A stretch of 64,000 nt of DNA from Acidimicrobiales bacterium. Its GTDB lineage: Bacteria > Actinomycetota > Acidimicrobiia > Acidimicrobiales > BPGG01. A model generated the notes under the pieces. It was not told the origin of the DNA. It saw nothing but the letters and a program-made list of their open reading frames with translations, and did not search any database. Each line of letters opens with the position of its first letter. Position 1 is the stretch's first letter. The DNA lies in NCBI GenBank assembly GCA_026002915.1, contig BPGG01000001.1, positions 405,468-469,467 of the forward strand, in the 5' to 3' direction. This document shows, piece after piece, positions 56,794 through 64,000 of this stretch. Both the position numbers and the translations under genes were made by a program.

Positions 56794-57378
56794 TCAGGAT
56801 CCTCCTCTCTCGATCAGTTCGAGGAACAACGAATGGATTCGGGGATCGTCGGTGAGCTCCGGGTGGAAGGACGCGGCGACGGTCGGACCTCGGCGACACA
56901 GCACCGGCCTCCCTTCGTACGTAGCCAGGACCTCGACTTCCGGTTCGACGGCTTCGACGACGGGAGCCCTGATGAAGACGCCCCGGAACGGAGGGGGGCC
57001 CAGGACGGGTATCTCCAGATCTGCCTCGAACGAGGCGATCTGGCTTCCGTACGCGTTACGGCGCACCGTGACGCCCAACACTCCGAACGACCACTGATCC
57101 GGTCTTCCGTCCAGGACCTCGCGCGCAAGGAGGATCATCCCTGCGCACGTCGCCAGAACCGGCATCCCCGCGACCAACGCCTCGCTCAAGACACTCCGTA
57201 GCCCCGACGTGTCGATCAGCCGCGTCATCGTGGTCGACTCACCGCCCGGCATGACGATCGCGTCGATGCCACATACGTCGTCCGGAACACGCACCTCGGT
57301 CGTTGCAGCGCCGAGACGCTCCAGGTGACGTCGGTGAGCACCTACTGCTCCTTGCAGCGCGAGGATCCCGACCTTCAC
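56794..57378 (-). CDS. pdxT: pyridoxal 5'-phosphate synthase glutaminase subunit
   Basis: Sequence MKVGILALQGAV..H...L......V........D..VMPGGESTT...TCAGMILLA...FHPEL. Confidence 0.95.
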   Translation of the reverse strand: MKVGILALQGAVGAHRRHLERLGAATTEVRVPDDVCGIDAIVMPGGESTTMTRLIDTSGLRSVLSEALVAGMPVLATCAGMILLAREVLDGRPDQWSFGVLGVTVRRNAYGSQIASFEADLEIPVLGPPPFRGVFIRAPVVEAVEPEVEVLATYEGRPVLCRRGPTVAASFHPELTDDPRIHSLFLELIERGGS

Positions 57379-57436
57379 GGCGATGCCTCTGTCTCTCGTA
57401 GCAGACGCACGAGTGTGTGGCCGGGCGGGCGGACGA

Positions 57437-58339
57437 TCACCAACCCCGTTCGGCGAGCCGTGTCTCGAGCGAAGCCAACTCCGACCCCTTCATCGGTGCA
57501 CCCAGACCGCGGCTCGCCTTCGCCACGATCGACGGATCGTCGTAATGTGCCGTGGCCTCCACGATGGCCTTTGCCCTGGCTGCCGGATTCTCACTCAAGA
57601 AGATCCCGGAGCCGACGAACACAGCCTCTGCACCCAGCTGCATGACCAGCGCCGCGTCGGCAGGGGTTGCGATCCCCCCGGCGCAGAAGAGTGGCACTGG
57701 GAGCCATCCCGTCTCGGCCACCTCACGGACGAGCTCGAGGGGTGCCTGCAATTTCTTCGCCCACGCGTAGAGCTCTTCGGAGCCCGAGGCGGCTATCCGG
57801 CGGATGTCTCCCACTATCGAGCGCAGGTGCCGCACCGCCTCGACGATGTTCCCCGTTCCCGCCTCTCCCTTCGACCGGATCATCGCGGCTCCCTCGGATA
57901 TCCGCCGCAGAGCCTCTCCGAGGTTGGTCGCACCGCAGACAAACGGGACCGTGAACGCCCACTTGTCGATGTGGTGTTCTTCGTCTGCCGGAGTCAGCAC
58001 CTCACTCTCGTCTATGTAGTCGACACCCAGAGCCTCCAGCACCTGAGCCTCGGCGAAGTGCCCGATCCGCACCTTGGCCATCACCGGAATGGTGACCGCG
58101 GACTTGATAGCCTCGATGACTTCAGGGTCGCTCATCCGGGCCACGCCCCCTTGCCGCCTGATCTCGGCGGGTACCCGTTCGAGAGCCATGACAGCCACCG
58201 CTCCCGCGTCCTCCGCGATGCGGGCCTGCTCGGGTGTGACCACATCCATGATCACACCGCCCTTCAGCATCTCGGCAAGGCCACGCTTCACCCGGACGGT
58301 GCCCGTCTCTCCGTGGCTCGGACTCCTCGCCTCGCTCAC
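57437..58339 (-). CDS. pdxS: pyridoxal 5'-phosphate synthase lyase subunit
   Basis: From GTG 58339 the sequence is [58 protein letters not shown]... The upstream track extension was rejected. Confidence 0.95.
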   Translation of the reverse strand: MSEARSPSHGETGTVRVKRGLAEMLKGGVIMDVVTPEQARIAEDAGAVAVMALERVPAEIRRQGGVARMSDPEVIEAIKSAVTIPVMAKVRIGHFAEAQVLEALGVDYIDESEVLTPADEEHHIDKWAFTVPFVCGATNLGEALRRISEGAAMIRSKGEAGTGNIVEAVRHLRSIVGDIRRIAASGSEELYAWAKKLQAPLELVREVAETGWLPVPLFCAGGIATPADAALVMQLGAEAVFVGSGIFLSENPAARAKAIVEATAHYDDPSIVAKASRGLGAPMKGSELASLETRLAERGW

Positions 58340-58476
58340 GACCCAAAGTGTACGTCCGGCGCCCACCCGACCCACAGGGCGGCGTCTGCCCACCGGGAGA
58401 GCCGCTGTGCGGCCCTCCCGCCGCTCGATGCGAGCGACCCAACCACGTCCGTGGGATAGCCTTGCGGCGTCGATGC

Positions 58477-60639
58477 ATGACCACGGTCCTCGAGCACTCC
58501 CCTGCCGCCGGTAGAGCGGCTCACAGCGGCGAGCGTCCTCCCCTCCCGTCGGTGCGAGCGCGCACGTGGCCCCTCGCCCTGCCGGGCCTCGCCGCGTGCC
58601 TGGTACCACTCCTCGCCTCGACTGCACTCGCCATAGCCGGTGGTTGGATCCCGGCCGCAGACGTCGCGATCATCGCGATGCGCGCCGCGGACACTTTCTC
58701 CTCACACATCCTCCTCACCGGCGTCCACACGACGGCGTCCGAGTTCACCCCGGACGCCGTGGTCTTCCACCCGGGCCCTCTCCCCGTGTGGGTGCTCGCT
58801 CCCACGTACGTCATGGCGCAGCGACACCCGTGGGGGCTCCTCGTCGGGACGCTGATCGTGAACGCCGCATGTGTCTTCGCCGTGTTCTGGATCGCCCGGC
58901 GCAGGGGCGGCCTCCCCCTCGCAGCCTGGTCCACGGTCCCCCTGTCGCTGATGTTCTGGGCTCTCCGTGGTGAAATCATCCGCGACCCTTGGAATCCCCA
59001 CTTGGCTCTCATGCCGTTCGTGGTCTTCCTCTACTCCTGCTGGTCGGTGAGGGTGGGAGACGAGAAGCTACTCCCCCTCCTGCTGCTCGCAGGTTCCTTC
59101 GTCACCCAGGCACACGTCACCTACGCACCCGTGGTCGGCATGTTCTCCTTGTGGGCACTAGTCGGTCTGGCAAGACACGTCCGCAGAAAGGGTTCCGCCG
59201 ACAGGACTCGCCGCTACCGACGGTGGGCCTGGTCCGCTGCTCTCGTCGTCTTCGTGTGGGCCGGCCCTCTCGTCGACCAGTTCTTCGGAGGCGGCAACCT
59301 GACCAAGCTGGCGGGGGTAGTCGTCGACCCCGAGGTAGAGCGTCTCGGGCTGCGGAGGGGCCTGGAGCGTGCGCTGGTGGCTTACGGCTCACCTCCCGTC
59401 TGGCTCTCACACACCCGCTCCGTCTTCAGGATCGCCACCACCCCCGACCTCCCTGATCTGCTCGTCGCATCGTTCACCGTGTCGGCACTGCTCGCCTTGT
59501 GGACGCTGGCACGACGGGAGAAGGCCCACACGACGGCTGCGGGACTCGAGGCGGCCCTGCTCGGCATGATCGCCGTACCCGTACTGTTGGCACGGGCGCC
59601 GGCCACGACCAACGCGTTCGAGATCTACTGGTATCGCTGGCTGTGGCCCATGGGAATGTTCACATGGACGGCACTCGGCTGGGCTGCCTGGCGCGCGGCA
59701 AATCTCAAGGTGGGGAGGCCATCTGCTGCAGCGACGGTCCGCTGGCTGGCGGCTGCCGGGGCCGTACTCACGCTGATCGGACTCCTGCAACCACCGCTGA
59801 GAGAGGACAGAGAAGGGCCCTGGTACGACACGCTGCGCCGTTTTTCTGAAGATCTGGCGCTGGTCCTTCCCCCGGACGAACCCGCCTGGCGCCTGGATGG
59901 CGAGGGTCAGCTCTTCTGGCACGTGAGCACGGTCGCCGCCATCCTCGAACGTCACGGCCACCACGTGGTGGTCGATCCGGCCACGCGGATCGCGTGGGGC
60001 GATCACCGCAAGGACAGGTTCTTCGCCAGAAAGGTCATCCTGGTGGGTGGTGCCAAGGCCCGGGTTATGCCGAAGCGGCATCCGCGGCCGGACGCCGCCA
60101 ATCGGGGCGAGGCCGAACGCTCCTACTTCGATCCGTGGCGTCTGGTGGCCTTCCTCCCGATCCGAAGCCCGGGTTTGGCGGAGCGGGAGGCGGCTCTCAG
60201 GCGACTGTACGCACAGGGAGTCGACTTCGTCGACGACATCGACCGTCTCGTCCGACGCCTGGAAGACGGTGAGCAACCCGAAGCCATCGCCGCGGAGTTG
60301 AACCTGCAAGAGGTCGATCCCCGGCTCGGACAGTTCTTCTGGTGGCTGGTAGACGAGGTGGGGGCTGGAAGGGTCACGTCCGCTGGAGAGATGGCGAGAC
60401 CGGACTTCACGAAGCTCCCAGGAGGGACGCTGCTGTGGGCGTACCGGTTCGGCGTCTTCGTCGAGCCGAAACCAGGTCCGGACCTCGCACGTTTTCTCGA
60501 GACCGACCCAGACGACCCTTATTCAGAGGCCGGGTTCGACCTGTCGCCGGACTCGGGTTTCGCAGCACACATGGAGGCGTTGGATCCGGACGACTCGGAC
60601 GCGACGGCAGCATCGGGCACTGCCAACCGTGGAGATTGA
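58477..60639 (+). CDS. uncharacterised 720-aa polytopic membrane protein with a soluble C-terminal domain of about 250 aa (GT-C-like topology is a hypothesis only)
   Basis: After ATG 58477 there are at least 10 hydrophobic segments in the first ~470 aa, for example [45 protein letters not shown] and [17 protein letters not shown]. The tail is hydrophilic. I recognise no family motif with confidence. Confidence 0.6.
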   Translation: MTTVLEHSPAAGRAAHSGERPPLPSVRARTWPLALPGLAACLVPLLASTALAIAGGWIPAADVAIIAMRAADTFSSHILLTGVHTTASEFTPDAVVFHPGPLPVWVLAPTYVMAQRHPWGLLVGTLIVNAACVFAVFWIARRRGGLPLAAWSTVPLSLMFWALRGEIIRDPWNPHLALMPFVVFLYSCWSVRVGDEKLLPLLLLAGSFVTQAHVTYAPVVGMFSLWALVGLARHVRRKGSADRTRRYRRWAWSAALVVFVWAGPLVDQFFGGGNLTKLAGVVVDPEVERLGLRRGLERALVAYGSPPVWLSHTRSVFRIATTPDLPDLLVASFTVSALLALWTLARREKAHTTAAGLEAALLGMIAVPVLLARAPATTNAFEIYWYRWLWPMGMFTWTALGWAAWRAANLKVGRPSAAATVRWLAAAGAVLTLIGLLQPPLREDREGPWYDTLRRFSEDLALVLPPDEPAWRLDGEGQLFWHVSTVAAILERHGHHVVVDPATRIAWGDHRKDRFFARKVILVGGAKARVMPKRHPRPDAANRGEAERSYFDPWRLVAFLPIRSPGLAEREAALRRLYAQGVDFVDDIDRLVRRLEDGEQPEAIAAELNLQEVDPRLGQFFWWLVDEVGAGRVTSAGEMARPDFTKLPGGTLLWAYRFGVFVEPKPGPDLARFLETDPDDPYSEAGFDLSPDSGFAAHMEALDPDDSDATAASGTANRGD

Positions 60640-60696
60640 GGGGGCTCAGCCGACTGACATCTCGCCGGGCCGAGCGAAACTGAGCTGAGCGTTCTG

Positions 60697-60732
60697 GGCA
60701 GGCCGAAATGGGACCCTGCCGGCTCCCGGCAG
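60697..60732. terminator. two mutually exclusive hairpins in the convergent spacer (possible bidirectional terminator)
   Basis: GGCAGG (60697-60702) pairs with CCTGCC (60715-60720). Alternatively CTGCCGG (60716-60722) pairs with CCGGCAG (60726-60732) around a 3-nt loop. The two structures share the CTGCC segment. Confidence 0.3.
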
Positions 60733-60766
60733 ACCGAATTGGTTCGGGGCAGAAGGCCCGGCGTGC

Positions 60767-61879
60767 TCATTCCCAGCTGCTTCTTGCTCGCTCGGCCAGG
60801 ACGACCCAGGTGCGACCCGCCGAGAGGCTCACCTCCCGGCCGTCGCCGCCGATCCACGTGGTCACCTGCCGGCCACCAGAGCGCGACCAGCGGGCCTCCA
60901 CGAGCTTGTCGCCGACGAAGACCCAGGCGTCCCCCTCCCCGTCGAGCACCGCCTCGGGCACGGGCGCCCCGGACACGTCCACGATGCCGGTGTAACGGTA
61001 GGCGACGAACTGGAGGATCAGGTTGTCGGCAGTGAGCACCCGACCCGCCGTGTCCACGTGTCGTGTTCCGTTCTGGAACCGCTTCCATGTCCGTTCTTTC
61101 CGGTCCCACACCCACTCCACGGGCGCAGAGGCACGACCACCACCGAAGTCATACCGGACCCGTACGACCTTCCGACCATTCGGCCGGCCTTTGCCGAACG
61201 TGAACAGGGGCGCAGGCGCCGACGTACGCTCTTCGACGCCAGACCAGAGAGCATCGGTGGAGGTGAACAGGTTGTCAGGGGCGCGCCGCGACCGATCTCG
61301 GACGTAAGCCGCCGTCTTCCGGTCGTAACCCACGTCCACGAGGGGCGCCGAACGGATCAGCGCCGCGAAGCGGGCGTTCGCCCCCGAATACGCGAACAAC
61401 GGTCGGTCGAACTGGGAGAGGATTGCGAGGTCGGTGCTCCTCGCCGACCGCACCGGACCCACCACCGGCGCAGACTTGCTGTGGAAGACGGCTGCGAATC
61501 TCGTGACCGCGCCCTCCACCTTTTCCTCATAGACGACGTCGGCGCTCGCCAGACCGGCCTGCGGTCTGGCCAGTCGGTCGGCGTTGTCGACCTTTACCAC
61601 CAGTACGGGCCTGCGGGGGTCCCCCCGGCCGCTCCACGGACGGTTCGTCAGGGGAGCCAGCAGCGACGGTTTGCCGGGACGACCCGTCGTGGTCGGCTGC
61701 GACGTTGTGGTCGTCGCTCTGCGTGTGGTCGCCGTGGAGCTCTGCTCGTCCCGCGCACACGCGAGGAGCGAGCACGACGACAAAAGGACCACCGACCAGA
61801 ACACTGCCCGCGCTCGGAGTCGACGCGATCGCGCGGGACTGCAGCCAGACTGCAAGCGGCCCGCCGGGTGCGGCTTCAA
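60767..61879 (-). CDS. DUF3048 domain lipoprotein (YerB-like)
   Basis: Signal peptide with lipobox (VLLSSCSLLAC), a Thr-rich linker, then PVLVVKVDNADRLARPQAGLASADVVYEEKVEGAVTRFAAVFHS, typical of DUF3048. TTG 61879 overlaps the M48 stop (TTGA). Confidence 0.75.
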   Translation of the reverse strand: MKPHPAGRLQSGCSPARSRRLRARAVFWSVVLLSSCSLLACARDEQSSTATTRRATTTTSQPTTTGRPGKPSLLAPLTNRPWSGRGDPRRPVLVVKVDNADRLARPQAGLASADVVYEEKVEGAVTRFAAVFHSKSAPVVGPVRSARSTDLAILSQFDRPLFAYSGANARFAALIRSAPLVDVGYDRKTAAYVRDRSRRAPDNLFTSTDALWSGVEERTSAPAPLFTFGKGRPNGRKVVRVRYDFGGGRASAPVEWVWDRKERTWKRFQNGTRHVDTAGRVLTADNLILQFVAYRYTGIVDVSGAPVPEAVLDGEGDAWVFVGDKLVEARWSRSGGRQVTTWIGGDGREVSLSAGRTWVVLAERARSSWE

Positions 61880-62826
61880 AGCTCTTCCAATAGCGCGATT
61901 CTCTCCGCCATCGGGGGCCGGATGGTGAATCCTCCACGACCACCAGCCAGCGACCGCACCTGCTCGGCAGAGCTCGGATCCGCCGTCCAGAGGTGCGCGG
62001 TGAGTCTTCCCTGCCCCGGGACGCTCGAGTCCGCAGAGATCTTCTTCAGGGCCGATGCGAGAGCCGGCGGATATCTGGTCGTCCGCACGGCTTCGAGGTC
62101 GGCCGCCGTCTCTCGCTCGGGCGGGAGGTATCTAGAGCACAACCACCGGGCGAGCGGAGCCAGCATCGACGAACGGCTGCGGGACACCCCTGGTCCCCTG
62201 CGACCGGCCGACCGGTCGACGTCACCGGCCCGAGAGCCGGTCTCGGCCGACAGGATCAGCGGAGCGACGAAGAGAATCGACAGAGTCGCCACACACATCT
62301 CCCCGTCTTTCAGATGCGCCAGTTCGTGGGCGAGGACCCCTTCCAACTCGACCCTGGTGAGCGAAGACAGAAGGCCGGAGGTGGCGACGACGACGGCGTC
62401 ACGCTCGTCGATGCCGAACGAACACAGGTTCAATCCCGGTGTGTCGACGACACGGAGCCTCGGACGTTGCACCCCTGCCGTCGTGCAGAGACCCTCTACC
62501 AAGTTGACGAAACGGGCATGCTCCCGCTCGTCGGCCTCCCGACCGTCGACGAGCCGACTCGCCAGCCGCACAGATCCCCATCTGACGACCCGTGCCGTCG
62601 CGATCGTCACTACCACCATGGCCACCACGGCCACCAGGAGAGACACGGTGAGCGCCAGGACCGAGGCGACGAGGATCGCCACAGTCAAGGCCGGGCCAAA
62701 GGTCAGCTCTGCAGAGAGCCTCGCCCAGTCGGGTCGGCTCGCACCTCCGGATCGACCGACTCTCCCCGTCCGCCGAGTGGTGCGTGCCTCGGATCGTCGT
62801 CTCGAACTGTCGCCGGCGCGCAGCAT
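61876..62826 (-). CDS. M48-family (HtpX-like) zinc metallopeptidase
   Basis: HEXXH motif in LEGVLAHELAHLKDGE, flanked by TM segments, with a downstream ERETAADLEA third-ligand region. ATG is preceded by GGAGGGG. Confidence 0.8.
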   Translation of the reverse strand: MLRAGDSSRRRSEARTTRRTGRVGRSGGASRPDWARLSAELTFGPALTVAILVASVLALTVSLLVAVVAMVVVTIATARVVRWGSVRLASRLVDGREADEREHARFVNLVEGLCTTAGVQRPRLRVVDTPGLNLCSFGIDERDAVVVATSGLLSSLTRVELEGVLAHELAHLKDGEMCVATLSILFVAPLILSAETGSRAGDVDRSAGRRGPGVSRSRSSMLAPLARWLCSRYLPPERETAADLEAVRTTRYPPALASALKKISADSSVPGQGRLTAHLWTADPSSAEQVRSLAGGRGGFTIRPPMAERIALLEEL

Positions 62827-62844
62827 CCCCTCCGTCAGAGCGTC

Positions 62845-63396
62845 TCAGAAGTCCACGACCACGGGCCCGCGTGAATCGCCCTCGGCCTCGAAATACTCCC
62901 TCGGCCTGAAACCGAACATCCCCGCCACCATGACGGTGGGGAACGTCTGGATCCTCGTGTTGTACTTGGCGACTATGTCGTTGTAATACTGCCGTGCGTA
63001 GGCGACCTTGCTCTCCGTGTCGGAAAGCTCCTTTTGCAGGTTCTCGAAGTTCTCGTTCGCCTTCAGCTCCGGGTACGACTCCGAGAGAGCCAGAAGACCA
63101 CGAATCGCCCCGGCGAAGATGTTCTCGGCCTCGGCCTGTTCCTTCGGCGAACCGGCCGCCATAGCTCGGTTCCGCGCCTGGATCACCGCCTCCAGCGTCT
63201 CCCGCTCGTGAGCTGCATACCCCTTGACCGTCTCGACGAGGTTCGGAATCAGGTCGTAACGCCGTCTCAACTGCACGTCCACGTGTGCCCACGCGCTGTC
63301 GACCTGATTGCGCAGTCTCACCAAACCGTTGTACATGGCCACCAGCACCACGGCCACGATCACGAGGACCACGAGCAGAACGACGACCGGAGTCAC
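62845..63396 (-). CDS. LemA family protein
   Basis: N-terminal TM segment, then YNGLVRLRNQVDSAWAHVDVQLRRRYDLIPNLVETVKGYAAHERETL. Confidence 0.9.
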   Translation of the reverse strand: MTPVVVLLVVLVIVAVVLVAMYNGLVRLRNQVDSAWAHVDVQLRRRYDLIPNLVETVKGYAAHERETLEAVIQARNRAMAAGSPKEQAEAENIFAGAIRGLLALSESYPELKANENFENLQKELSDTESKVAYARQYYNDIVAKYNTRIQTFPTVMVAGMFGFRPREYFEAEGDSRGPVVVDF

Positions 63397-63406
63397 CTGC
63401 GGAATA

Positions 63407-64000
63407 TTACGCTTCCGCCGTCGAGCTGCGAGGCGGCGATCCGTCGACCGACGAGACGAGCCCGTGGTAGATATCGACGTAGCGCCTCGCCAGGACGTCC
63501 ATCGCGAACCGGCGCACCGTGAGCTTTCCCGCTGCCACGAGGCTTCTCCTCAGCTCGTCGTCCCCCAGCAGCGCGCCGATCGCAGACGCCAGCTCCTGTG
63601 GATCCCCGGGTCGGACGAGCAGGGCATCTACTCCCGCGGTCGCCACCTGCCGGTACCCCGAGATCGACGTCGCCACCACCGCGGTCCCGGCGGCCATCGC
63701 CTCCAACAGGACCACCCCGAACGACTCGCTCCCCAGCGACGGGGCGCAGAAGACGTCGGCAGCCTTGAGCCGCGCCGCTCGTTCCCGGTCGGAGACCACC
63801 CCCAGCCATTCGACGCGAGCGTCACCTCCGTAACGCGCACGCAGGCGCTCCGTCTCGGGCCCTTCGCCTGCCACCCACACGTGCACCTGACTGGGCAGCT
63901 GTTCACAGGCCTCCAATAGGACCTCCAAACCCTTCCTGGGCTCGTGCCGACCGAGGAACAACACCGTCGGTCCTTCCTTGGGATGTGGCTCCGCGGTCTC
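63407..64000 (-). CDS. GT4-family glycosyltransferase, C-terminal part (gene continues past the right edge)
   Basis: Sequence LFLGRHEPRKGLEVLLEA...VAGEGPE...PSLGSESFGVVLLEAMAAGTAVVATSISGY matches the GT-B C-terminal E-x7-E region. It sits near pdxST and ruvCAB, as pimA-like genes do in mycobacteria, but no specific assignment is made. Confidence 0.8.
   Translation of the reverse strand, partial: ETAEPHPKEGPTVLFLGRHEPRKGLEVLLEACEQLPSQVHVWVAGEGPETERLRARYGGDARVEWLGVVSDRERAARLKAADVFCAPSLGSESFGVVLLEAMAAGTAVVATSISGYRQVATAGVDALLVRPGDPQELASAIGALLGDDELRRSLVAAGKLTVRRFAMDVLARRYVDIYHGLVSSVDGSPPRSSTAEA

Noticed and set aside
1-64000. tRNA, rRNA, tmRNA, RNase P, IS elements, CRISPR arrays, toxin-antitoxin pairs and defence genes.
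   Set aside because: Every gap longer than about 60 nt was read and none shows a cloverleaf-like or repeat-spacer pattern. No ORF resembles a transposase, integrase, nuclease-helicase or other defence hallmark. A tRNAscan/Infernal run would be needed for certainty.

Overview
This window is a visibly GC-rich, almost gap-free block of core housekeeping genes (GC not computed). The gene order is characteristic of Actinomycetota: mihF, a DUF1844 gene beside infC, metK between coaBC and priA, and a PriA without a Walker A motif. It also keeps a Bacillus-like order ruvCAB-queA-tgt-yajC-secDF-rel-hisS-aspS-alaS-ruvX-mltG-aroE...aroCKBQ-pepP-efp-nusB-pyrR-BC-carAB-pyrDF-mihF-gmk-rpoZ-coaBC-metK-priA-def-fmt-rsmB-(mog)-ribD-E-BA-H. 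About 48 consecutive genes from about 53.9 kb down to about 2.6 kb lie on the minus strand. Only one plus-strand gene interrupts them, and many junctions are 4-nt ATGA/GTGA overlaps. The right-hand 10 kb is less conserved. It holds an ABC-2 exporter pair inserted between yebC and ruvC, a 720-aa polytopic membrane protein, a lemA-M48 peptidase-DUF3048 lipoprotein operon and a partial GT4 glycosyltransferase. I saw no rRNA, tRNA, CRISPR, transposase, integrase, phage or recognisable defence genes. I cannot point to a convincing new multi-gene system. The observations most worth follow-up are: (1) gmk and fmt, and possibly the trmH-like gene, have conserved N-termini that extend upstream of any ATG/GTG/TTG; for gmk and fmt an in-frame CTG overlaps the upstream stop as CTGA. 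(2) A DUF4388 protein and an orphan prepilin peptidase sit inside the shikimate operon, next to a 50-bp tandem duplication of the aroE 3' end. (3) The membrane-protein genes at 58-63 kb are uncharacterised. (4) A PyrR-type RNA site overlaps the pyrR ribosome-binding site. (5) There are several short repeats in leaders. Many start codons were set by hand from homology and Shine-Dalgarno (SD) context and are less certain than the gene identities.
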